From a virus (taxonomy: Duplodnaviria; Heunggongvirae; Uroviricota; Caudoviricetes), in IMG/VR virus record IMGVR_UViG_2648501437_000013: a stretch of DNA of 34,339 nucleotides; one strand, written 5' to 3'. The position numbers and the translations under genes are program-made. This document shows positions 25,675-33,908 of this stretch, in pieces. Every line of letters starts with the position of its first letter. Within the stretch, counting starts at the first letter, position 1. Under the pieces are notes generated by a model. That model made no database searches. It saw only the letters and a program-made list of their open reading frames with translations, and was not told the origin of the DNA.

Positions 25675-26703
25675 TTACAGAGAGTCCAGCTCTCTCAGTA
25701 GGTCATCCAGACCTTCATCTTCCGTCGCAGATGCGGTTGCTACAGATGTCGCTGCGACTGCTTCAGACTCTTTGACTGATACGGCAACGGCAGCGGAACT
25801 TGCCTCTGGTTTAAATTCAGTTTCAACGGCACGGAGGATTTCTTCATCAACCAGACTGGTTGGTTCAGAAGCCGGTGTGTGCGCGGTTGCTACAGCCGTC
25901 GCTCCTTCTGTATGACCAGTGACAGAGCCAAATCCAGGTAGTGCCGCAGCCGATGTTTTCGCGGTTGAGGAAATTGCTGGTGCAGATGCTGCGGCAGTTG
26001 GTGCAGCGATGCCAATCAGACGACCCATAGTGCGAACTGTCGACAGAAGACGAGTTTCATCAGCCTGATTTGCGTATGCGATCAGATCATGCTGGGTGTT
26101 CCAGAATTTATCTTCGATATCGCCTTTGTAGACTTTACGCTTAGGCGAGACGTCATATTTGGTATCGCGACCAGAGCCAGTACGTTTAATCAGGAATGCG
26201 TAGCCTTCCTCTTTGCTCAGTGGATTGCCGATATCATCAGCGATGTCTTCGGTGATTGCTTTGCAGATATCATCGAATACAGTAGACGGCAGCTCGATTA
26301 ACTGGCATTTCTCAGCATCTGCGAAATCCTCACGAGCAGAAAGAATGCCGTTGACCAGGTAGCGAGGAGTGGCACGCATTTGACCGATGCGTTCTTCCAT
26401 TGCTTTGTTACCCTTGTGACGAGCGCGACCTTCCATCACCATTTCGCATAGCTGACAAGCGCGACCGTGAGTATGTTGCTCACAAATATAAGCGTTGGTT
26501 GCTTCTTTACCTTCCTCGTTCTGATACTTAACGTAGTGCATACCGAAAGTCTGGAAGAACTTACCGTTTGGGTCGTCTTTATTCGGGAAGATGCGGATAT
26601 AGTTGACGCCGTCTTTTAAGCGAGTCAGATCAACGTTGTTACCACGTTTGGCGGCAATGTCTTCACGAGTTTTGTTAAGCAAATCAAGTAATGTCTTAGA
26701 CAT
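25675..26703 (-). CDS. Single-stranded DNA-binding protein, T4 gp32-like
   Basis: Cys/His cluster CEQHTHGRACQLCEM, Ala/Ser/Thr-rich linker, acidic C-terminal tail EDEGLDDLLRELDSL. Confidence 0.55.
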   Translation of the reverse strand: MSKTLLDLLNKTREDIAAKRGNNVDLTRLKDGVNYIRIFPNKDDPNGKFFQTFGMHYVKYQNEEGKEATNAYICEQHTHGRACQLCEMVMEGRARHKGNKAMEERIGQMRATPRYLVNGILSAREDFADAEKCQLIELPSTVFDDICKAITEDIADDIGNPLSKEEGYAFLIKRTGSGRDTKYDVSPKRKVYKGDIEDKFWNTQHDLIAYANQADETRLLSTVRTMGRLIGIAAPTAAASAPAISSTAKTSAAALPGFGSVTGHTEGATAVATAHTPASEPTSLVDEEILRAVETEFKPEASSAAVAVSVKESEAVAATSVATASATEDEGLDDLLRELDSL

Positions 26704-26786
26704 GTGTTTCTCCTTGTTGTGATTTGGCCGATGGCGCTATGCGCGTTGGGCTTTCGTTCATTCGTGGCTCTTTCGAGCTGTTAAAT

Positions 26787-26815
26787 GATAGATCAGTGCT
26801 TACTTATTATCTATC
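26787..26815. promoter_or_regulatory. Palindrome GATAGAT-cagtgcttacttatt-ATCTATC upstream of the SSB gene
   Basis: 7-bp outer arms; inner part matches the recurrent ATAAGTAAG core. Confidence 0.4.
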
Positions 26816-26820
26816 AAAAA

Positions 26821-27252
26821 TCAACGGGGAGTGATAAAGCGTTCAGAGCCTAATCGCTCTAATTCAACGATGGCCATCTTTGACGCCTGAACGATCATGT
26901 CTCGGCGATGCGAAAAGGCGGCGACAGCATGTTTGTATATGTCTGCGATGTGCCGTGCTTCATCCAACTTCTGCCGTTTAGACAGATACTGTGGGTTTGT
27001 TTTAACCTTAGCGTCCAGTACAGATTCGTTGAACTTAATGCCGTTCATACTCAAGTTCTTACGCTCTGTGTCGTATAGCTTTGCTTCAACAGCTTCAAGG
27101 TTAAGTTTTGCTTCTGCGACACTTCTTTCTGCATGGGCGAGTTTTGAGCCATATTCCATCAACAGGCGGGGTTGTCTACGCCAGACTTCTTCCAGATTGT
27201 CTCGGTCAAACTCGAGATCAGACATTATTTTCTCGTAAATATCGGCGATCAT
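26821..27252 (-). CDS. Hypothetical protein; possible UvsY-like recombination mediator
   Basis: Start set at ATG ~27252 (AAGGAAA RBS) rather than track 27276; weak, memory-based resemblance to T4 UvsY plus neighbourhood with UvsX-like and gp32-like genes. Confidence 0.4.
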   Translation of the reverse strand: MIADIYEKIMSDLEFDRDNLEEVWRRQPRLLMEYGSKLAHAERSVAEAKLNLEAVEAKLYDTERKNLSMNGIKFNESVLDAKVKTNPQYLSKRQKLDEARHIADIYKHAVAAFSHRRDMIVQASKMAIVELERLGSERFITPR

Positions 27253-27286
27253 GCACATTTCCTTATCACTTATCATTTTGTATTGA

Positions 27287-27295
27287 TTATATCAT
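27287..27295 (-). promoter_or_regulatory. Extended -10 promoter element TGATATAAT (minus strand)
   Basis: Perfect TATAAT with TG two nt upstream, ~35 nt upstream of the ATG at 27252. Confidence 0.5.
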
Positions 27296-27325
27296 TGTAA
27301 TGATGAGGCAATGAGCTTGAAGATA

Positions 27326-27371
27326 GGGGGGGGAGGGGATAAGGGAAAACATGGCCTTTATGGCCATGTTT
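27326..27371. other. G8-A-G4-ATAA-G3 tract followed by 10-bp hairpin AAACATGGCC-tttat-GGCCATGTTT, just downstream of the dnaE stop
   Basis: Read directly; on the minus-strand transcript the hairpin is followed by a C-rich run, not a U-tract. Confidence 0.5.
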
Positions 27372-27377
27372 ATTGGA

Positions 27378-30300
27378 TCACGTCTTAATAGTTTCTGCTA
27401 CGTCGGCTAATATCGCTTCTAGTCGTTCTCCCTCTTCAGGTCTGAAGTAAAGAATGTTGGGGTTAAACCCGTAAAAGACAGTAACGTCAAGGTCTGGAAG
27501 ATACTCCTTCCTGCCGACCAAATCGGATGGCTTGTTTTTGTTGTTAAACAATGCCGTTGCCCGGCTGCCACACGTCAGCACATAGGTCGGACGCACCAGA
27601 TTGATCTCTTCACGTATAAAGTCGGTGAACTGGCCGATCTCGTCTTTGGTGTAGTCTTTTTCTTTGTCTTTAACCTTCTTGCAAACGCCTGTGACATAGA
27701 GATCGCCCATGCGTAAATCTCCAGCCGTCAATAGCTTGGCCTTAAAGTCGTCGTATCCGTTCTCCATAAAGTAACCGGTTCGAGCATCATTGCCGTTCGC
27801 ATTGTCCAGAATGATCATGATTTTCGGCTTAATACCAATGCTGGGGCGGATTAGTTCATCACCTAAGCCCATTTCAGCCGCCATCCGCGTCATGAGTACG
27901 TTAATTTCAGCCGAACGTTTGGGGTTCATCTCAAACGGACGTGAGGCTTTAACTGCGTCTATGACAAGATTTCCCATCAATTCAGCCTGGTCGCGTAGGC
28001 GCTCTGGAGCAGTTGCTGGCAGACTACCTGGCTCGATGGATGCAAACGCCCCTACTTTTTGCAGCGATTCGCGCACTCGACTATTACAGGCACGTTTCTC
28101 GACAGCTTCTTCGAATTGCGCCAGTGACTCGAATTTGCCGCCAACTTTTTCTCGCGCTCTCATGATGGCTTGGCAGCCATTCTCAGAACACCCCTTCACA
28201 GCAGAGAATGGCGCATACAGCACCTGGCTGCCATCTTCAAGCGTGCGGATCTCGATTCGGTTAGATGACACGTTAACGTCTGGTGGCAATACGCGAATAC
28301 CATAGGTCAGCGCATCTTTAACCAGCCCTTGGTGTTTATCTTCGCCAAGAATAGTGAGAGCAGCAGCGAAAAACTCTGCGGGATAATGAGTTTTCAACCA
28401 CATAGATTGATAACTGATTAAGGAGTAAGCAACAGAGTGTGATTTGTTGAACTGGTAGGCACCATTTTTTTCGAATGCGGTCCAGATCTCCTTCGCTTTC
28501 ATCTCTGATAGCCCTGGATGTGACGCTGTAACGCGTACTGCGTTTATAGGTAGTTTTGCGCCGTGCTCAAGTGCCTCTTCGACAGTTTTCAGAGTTCCGT
28601 CTTCGCATTTAAAATGTTCCGCACGGTGAATGCGCTGTGTAGTGCCATCTTCCAGCTCAACGTCTATCCAGCCAGCTTGAGCCTGAACGATGAACTTCTC
28701 GCCCATGCTCTTCATTTTTTCCATGTCCTTTTTGCCGATCGCTTTACGAACACCGTCAGCTTCAGCCATTGTGAAGCCAGCAAGCAATCGAGTCGCGTTC
28801 ATCGTCTGTTCCTGATAGAGAATCACGCCATTTGTTTCTGCGGTAAGTTCATCAAGAACGGGGTGTAATGATTCCGGCGTCATAAAGCCTTTGGCTACAG
28901 AAACATAGTCATCCAACATGCCTGACTGAATTGGCCCTGGCCGGAAGAGCGCAGTCGTAGCGACGACCGTTTTAAAGCTCATTGGCTCAATTCCACCACC
29001 TAAATCTTTAAGCAGCTTGCGCATTGGGCCTGATTCAAGCTGGAAAACACCTTGAGTATACCCAGCAGCAAAACCATCCAGCACCTTGCGATCTTCAAGA
29101 GAAATGGCATCAAGATTGATATCTTCACCTGTGTTCTCTTTTATGTAGCGTTTTGCACTATCGAGCAAATCGAGAGTTGCCAGGCCAAGCACGTCCAGCT
29201 TAATTAGGCCCATAGCCTCGCAGTAACGCTTGTCAAATGCGATACAACGCGCGTCACCACGGCGCTCAACCGGTGTACGTTCTGTCAGAAGAACACCTGC
29301 TACGATCATCCCTGCCGCATGTCTACCAAAGCCACGCATAAGGCTTTGTAACTTGCAGGCTGCATTGAATGCATCAGGATATTTTGTTGCGTATTTGTCG
29401 AGACTTGCCAGTTGTTCGCGCAGCTCTTCCAATGGAAGGCTATCATCCTCGACGTTCTTCAGTTCTTTTGATACCGCCATATCTGCGGACTCCACACCAT
29501 AAATACGAGCGGTATCACGTAGTGCAGAGGCTGCGCCCAGGTAGGTGAAGTTCGGAATGCCTGCAACGTAATCTTCGCCGTAGCGTTCATTCAGATACTC
29601 GATCACTTCATGGCGACGTGCCTGGCTGAAGTCCAAATCCGCATCCGGCAAGTCGAGACGCTCAGGGTTGATGAAACGTTCAAACAGAAGACCGTGACGG
29701 ATTGGGTCGACGTTGGTTATGCCTATGCACCATGCCACCAGAGATCCAGCGGAGGAACCACGACCAGGCCCGACAGGAATGCCAGTTTCACGGCTGTGAT
29801 TCATCAGATCGCGTACCATCAGGAAGTAACCACAAAATCCCAGGCGAGTCAGCGTGTCCATTTCGTACTTTAGCCGCTCAACATAAACCCTGTTCTCAGA
29901 AGCAGGTGGTGTGTAGCCAAACTCTTTTGTGGTAAGACGTTTACGCAGCCCTGCAACAGCCAGTTTCATAAGCGTTGCAGGCTCGTCGTCTGCCATCTTT
30001 GGCAGTGCTGGCGGCAATTCATGCCAGCGCCATGTGCAGGCATCGATAATGGTATCCTGCGTTGTTGAGGCCATTGCAGCTGTTACCGGCACATCCATGC
30101 GAACGGAGAAGGCTTTAAGCGCCTCAAGGAGATGGCGGCGACCATTGACGGCGTTATCTCGCTGGTGGGGGATACGCAGACGATGCGGCTGGTCGATTTT
30201 GATGTTGTTCGTAACCATGTGCGCAATGTCTTTAATGTCTGCATCGTCGATCGATTCGTAATAAGCGGGATAGAACGCCACTGGCTCTATTTTCAATGCG

Positions 30301-30896
30301 CTGGCGACTTTCATCGCCCGGACGTTAATCTGGTCGTAGAATGGGGTAGGGTGCGGATAAACCACACTATAGAAGTTGTCTTTTCCACCCGCTGTAATCA
30401 GTGTGCTTATAATTTTTGCAAAATCGTTGCGTTGGAACACGCTACCGATGTCGGAAGTAAGCAGGATGATGTTGCCTTTGGCATATGTAGAAACCAACTG
30501 TTCGAGCGAGAGACGCGGTACAAAGTAGAACTGTTCTCGTGTGTTGGCCGCCGTCATTAGTTCGCAGATGTCGCGATATCCTTTCTCATTTTTAATTAGA
30601 GCGGTAAACGAGTAGTTACGTCCTCGCTCTAATGATTCCATACATCCCTTAGATTCTTTAGCAAGTTTAGCCCGGTGCTCGTATGTGGGATCATCAACGA
30701 TATTTAGTTTCACACCACAAATAACCGCCATGTCGCCACCAGCGGCACGTTGTAGTGGAATAACACTCGCAATATTCATGCTATCTGCTGAAATTACAGC
30801 GGTGTAGCCAGCTTCTCTGGCAATCTTCACCGCGTTTTCTGCTTTTAAAGCCGACTCCCCAAGTGAGAAGTCAGTTCGAACCATCAGTGCCTTCAT
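27378..30896 (-). CDS. dnaE: DNA polymerase III alpha subunit (DnaE-type replicative polymerase, N-terminal PHP domain)
   Basis: 1172 aa; PolC/DnaE palm motif GYFLMVRDLMNHSRETGIPVGPGRGSSAGSLVAWCIGITNVDP; PHP-like N-terminus; length close to E. coli DnaE, no intein-sized insertion. Confidence 0.9.
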   Translation of the reverse strand: MKALMVRTDFSLGESALKAENAVKIAREAGYTAVISADSMNIASVIPLQRAAGGDMAVICGVKLNIVDDPTYEHRAKLAKESKGCMESLERGRNYSFTALIKNEKGYRDICELMTAANTREQFYFVPRLSLEQLVSTYAKGNIILLTSDIGSVFQRNDFAKIISTLITAGGKDNFYSVVYPHPTPFYDQINVRAMKVASALKIEPVAFYPAYYESIDDADIKDIAHMVTNNIKIDQPHRLRIPHQRDNAVNGRRHLLEALKAFSVRMDVPVTAAMASTTQDTIIDACTWRWHELPPALPKMADDEPATLMKLAVAGLRKRLTTKEFGYTPPASENRVYVERLKYEMDTLTRLGFCGYFLMVRDLMNHSRETGIPVGPGRGSSAGSLVAWCIGITNVDPIRHGLLFERFINPERLDLPDADLDFSQARRHEVIEYLNERYGEDYVAGIPNFTYLGAASALRDTARIYGVESADMAVSKELKNVEDDSLPLEELREQLASLDKYATKYPDAFNAACKLQSLMRGFGRHAAGMIVAGVLLTERTPVERRGDARCIAFDKRYCEAMGLIKLDVLGLATLDLLDSAKRYIKENTGEDINLDAISLEDRKVLDGFAAGYTQGVFQLESGPMRKLLKDLGGGIEPMSFKTVVATTALFRPGPIQSGMLDDYVSVAKGFMTPESLHPVLDELTAETNGVILYQEQTMNATRLLAGFTMAEADGVRKAIGKKDMEKMKSMGEKFIVQAQAGWIDVELEDGTTQRIHRAEHFKCEDGTLKTVEEALEHGAKLPINAVRVTASHPGLSEMKAKEIWTAFEKNGAYQFNKSHSVAYSLISYQSMWLKTHYPAEFFAAALTILGEDKHQGLVKDALTYGIRVLPPDVNVSSNRIEIRTLEDGSQVLYAPFSAVKGCSENGCQAIMRAREKVGGKFESLAQFEEAVEKRACNSRVRESLQKVGAFASIEPGSLPATAPERLRDQAELMGNLVIDAVKASRPFEMNPKRSAEINVLMTRMAAEMGLGDELIRPSIGIKPKIMIILDNANGNDARTGYFMENGYDDFKAKLLTAGDLRMGDLYVTGVCKKVKDKEKDYTKDEIGQFTDFIREEINLVRPTYVLTCGSRATALFNNKNKPSDLVGRKEYLPDLDVTVFYGFNPNILYFRPEEGERLEAILADVAETIKT

Positions 30897-31076
30897 GTGT
30901 TTTTACCTTTCTGGTTTTTTTGATTTTGTCATTTGGGAAGCCTACGAACTTCCCATGCATCGAAATCGCAACTTCTTTTGCTGATTGGTGACAATCAGGC
31001 TTGTCTGGACACACCAGACAAGCCTTACCAGTTTCAGAAGCAGCGATAAGAGAGCCGAAACATCCTTTACGCACGA

Positions 31077-32312
31077 TCAACCAAATATTTTTTGAACAAC
31101 TTCACGAGCCGCTTGTGCAGAAGCTGAAGGGAGTTTGTTAATGAAAGAACGCTCAATACCTGTCACAAAGTCGCCTCGCATCATTCCAATCTTGGCCGAC
31201 AACAAAAGTTCACGAGGGCCAATTGGCTGACTGATAAGGTGTTCTTCGTATCCATCGCGAACGATACCGGCAAACTTAACCATCTTTTCTGCGTATTCAC
31301 CCACGATACCGGCATTTATCAACATGTTGATCTCTGCCTCTTTGCTCATGTATTTCACATTCGAAACGATGCCAAAACGCGAAAAGTTCGCGGCGTTCTG
31401 GATGTTTGTACCCTGGTACAAGCCGGTTTCATCACCAGATCCGTTCGTGTTGCCAGTGCCAATGAAAGCAAACCGTTCATGCGGAGTAATGCGACGCCAT
31501 TCTGGAGTCGCCTCTTTGATGACCAACGCTTCACCTTCCAGCACTGGCTGATACACGCCAAGAATCTGTGGAAACGCAAAGTCGTATTCATCCGCGAGGT
31601 AAACCCAGCCATGCTTCATTGCGAGCGCAAGCAAGCCAGGCTCGAAATACGTAGAGCCATCACGCGCCAGAATTTGCCCCGTAACATGTGCCTCTTCCAT
31701 TGATGCTGTATGTTGGGCACGGATCAACGGACGATTGAGCAAAGCACATAGCTGTGTAGGCAATGACGATTTGCCTGTTCCTGCATGACCCCACAAATAG
31801 CCAGGTATGCCAAGTTCAAGCATCATGAAAATATCTTTGATCAGTTCGAAGTCGCCATATACGTAGCCCTTCTTCACTTCTGGAACGAACTCTGGATACG
31901 GCGTATTGACGTTGACGCTAACCATGAGCGGCGTCCCACGTTTTGTTCCGAGTTCTTCCACCGTTACGTTTAGCAGTTCGTGAGCTGCGACCAGATCTGT
32001 CTTGTACTCAACTGTGCCTGTGTAGCCAGGGCTACTGGTCAAGCCAGAAGATTTGGCCATTTCGCTTTTTTGCTCGGCACGTTTAGCTTGAATTGCATCA
32101 AGTGCCTTTTTCGATAGCGTTGGCTCATCTGGAAACTGCGTTGTGTACATTTTCAGTACGGTGTCAGGATCGGCATCTTTTACTGACTCAGGAATGCCCT
32201 CGCAATTACCATTGGCTACATGGGACTTAAAATAGTGAAATGATTTGCCGCACCACTTGCAAACAAGGTAATCAGAATGATTTTTTTCATTTTGCAGTGC
32301 AGTAGTCGTCAT
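31077..32312 (-). CDS. MoxR/CbbQ-class AAA+ ATPase (CobS-like) with N-terminal Cys-rich zinc-finger-like segment
   Basis: Walker A GHAGTGKSS, Walker B-like WVYLADEYD; N-terminal CKWCG...H...C; directly upstream of a vWA protein. Confidence 0.7.
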   Translation of the reverse strand: MTTTALQNEKNHSDYLVCKWCGKSFHYFKSHVANGNCEGIPESVKDADPDTVLKMYTTQFPDEPTLSKKALDAIQAKRAEQKSEMAKSSGLTSSPGYTGTVEYKTDLVAAHELLNVTVEELGTKRGTPLMVSVNVNTPYPEFVPEVKKGYVYGDFELIKDIFMMLELGIPGYLWGHAGTGKSSLPTQLCALLNRPLIRAQHTASMEEAHVTGQILARDGSTYFEPGLLALAMKHGWVYLADEYDFAFPQILGVYQPVLEGEALVIKEATPEWRRITPHERFAFIGTGNTNGSGDETGLYQGTNIQNAANFSRFGIVSNVKYMSKEAEINMLINAGIVGEYAEKMVKFAGIVRDGYEEHLISQPIGPRELLLSAKIGMMRGDFVTGIERSFINKLPSASAQAAREVVQKIFG

Positions 32313-32371
32313 GCGTTTTTCCTTTGTTCTCTAATGAGCGTTCAACTTCTTATATAAATATACCATTAACT

Positions 32372-32391
32372 ATCGTAAGTGGTTACTTATC
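32372..32391. promoter_or_regulatory. Palindromic motif ATCGTAAGTGGTTACTTATC upstream of the AAA+ ATPase gene
   Basis: Matches the 7931..7946 variant (ATAAGTAACCACTTAT). Confidence 0.4.
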
Positions 32392-32407
32392 ATTAAGGCT
32401 GTTTTAT

Positions 32408-33907
32408 TCACTTCAAAATGATACGAGATAGTTCAGTAACTACAGATGAACCAAGACTATCAACGCTCGTTACCAGGGCATGATTTGAGTAAAATCTCTC
32501 CGGTGCGTCAGTCATGATGCCAATTGCCATCAAATCAATGTCAGTCTGCGTTTCAATTTGCTTCGCAACCGAACGCAAATGAGCGTCAAAACCTCTCCCA
32601 ACAGCCCACGGCGCGCCATCACTCAGAACAAGCATGATCTTCCTGTCCTCCATGCGACCGGAAAATAACGATGCAAGGCTGGCTATGCTTTCACCATCCA
32701 CGTTATTAAGAAGTGGGAATGTGTAGCCTACGCACCCCATACGTGAGCGAACTTCGCGAGAATTTACCTTTTCATTCCAATTTTTGATGATAGGTAGCAT
32801 TAAAGATTCAAAGCGAGAGAACTCATACTTGACAGCCTTAAGTTCTCCTGCCGCCATATGACTACCAAATGTAGTGAAGCCGGTGATAATGTTGGGAACA
32901 TTTATTCGATCAAGGGCATCGGCGATGGTATATGCACTTGCAAGAGCCAATTGTATCGTTATACCACTCATTGAACCTGATAAATCAATCACTTGTTGAA
33001 CACAGGCGTTAACGGCTTTAGATTCTTCTTTTTTACGAAACACGCGATCATCATTCATTGCTAATCTGTAGATACTAGAACCATGAATGCGCCCCCGACG
33101 CTGGCCCGGTATAAACTGAACTCTGTTTCTGCTTGCTATTGCTCGCTCCAAGTCTTTTGCCAGCGTCGACGAAACACCTGACGAAAGATGCTTTTCAATA
33201 TATTTGTCGAAGAGCTGGTTGCCTTCAGGAACGATGCGATAGCGGCTGATTGGATATCCTCCTAAATCAATATCGGAGAATGTTTTAATAAGCCGTTTGA
33301 TATGGGCTTCTGCCTGATCAATCGAGCCGATGAAGTCGTATGAGCGATTGTATGGCCTGTATTCGCTTTTCGAGCTTTCTGTTAACTCGCTTTTAATCGT
33401 TTCGGATAGAGCATCTTCTGTCATGCCTCCGACTTCATCTTCTATGCTATCCAGCTCCTCTAAAGCCTCTTCCAGACTCATTTTTGACGGAGTTGGAATA
33501 TCTGAAGAGCCGTCTTCTGTCGTTTTTCTTTTTTCGTGGTCAGCGATAAATGATTCTGACACCGCGTTATCAGAAGCATCAGAATCTGATACCTCTTTAT
33601 CATTTTCTGTATCATCGAATATTGTTTCTGATGATTCAGAATTATCTGAATCATCACTGTCGTTATTATCATGTTTGTGCTTACTGTGTGATTCTGATTT
33701 GATAGATTTGTGATTATCTAACGCTGAGGGTGTCTCATGATCTTCGTTGTCTTCATTGTTTTCTCCAGAGGCATCCGTCTGGTCAGCGTCTGAAGGATCG
33801 GAAGTTTTTCCCGGAGCTGACTCCTTACCTTTGCTTTCACTTTCAGTGTCTTTGAGGATCTTAGCTATGGTCGCAGCCACCTTTACACAATCCTCGGTGC
33901 AAGACAT
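32408..33907 (-). CDS. von Willebrand factor A (vWA) domain protein, CobT-like, with ~150-aa acidic Ser/Asp-rich N-terminal region
   Basis: MIDAS motif VIDLSGSMSG; ATG at 33905-33907 lies 1 nt from the IS2 terminus. Confidence 0.7.
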   Translation of the reverse strand: MSCTEDCVKVAATIAKILKDTESESKGKESAPGKTSDPSDADQTDASGENNEDNEDHETPSALDNHKSIKSESHSKHKHDNNDSDDSDNSESSETIFDDTENDKEVSDSDASDNAVSESFIADHEKRKTTEDGSSDIPTPSKMSLEEALEELDSIEDEVGGMTEDALSETIKSELTESSKSEYRPYNRSYDFIGSIDQAEAHIKRLIKTFSDIDLGGYPISRYRIVPEGNQLFDKYIEKHLSSGVSSTLAKDLERAIASRNRVQFIPGQRRGRIHGSSIYRLAMNDDRVFRKKEESKAVNACVQQVIDLSGSMSGITIQLALASAYTIADALDRINVPNIITGFTTFGSHMAAGELKAVKYEFSRFESLMLPIIKNWNEKVNSREVRSRMGCVGYTFPLLNNVDGESIASLASLFSGRMEDRKIMLVLSDGAPWAVGRGFDAHLRSVAKQIETQTDIDLMAIGIMTDAPERFYSNHALVTSVDSLGSSVVTELSRIILK

Positions 33908-33908
33908 G

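Noticed and set aside
30871-31080. 69-codon Cys-containing ORF between the AAA+ ATPase gene and dnaE
   Set aside because: Begins with TTG, has no RBS, and overlaps the conserved dnaE leader and the first 26 nt of dnaE. It may be a real small zinc-ribbon protein, but the evidence is insufficient.
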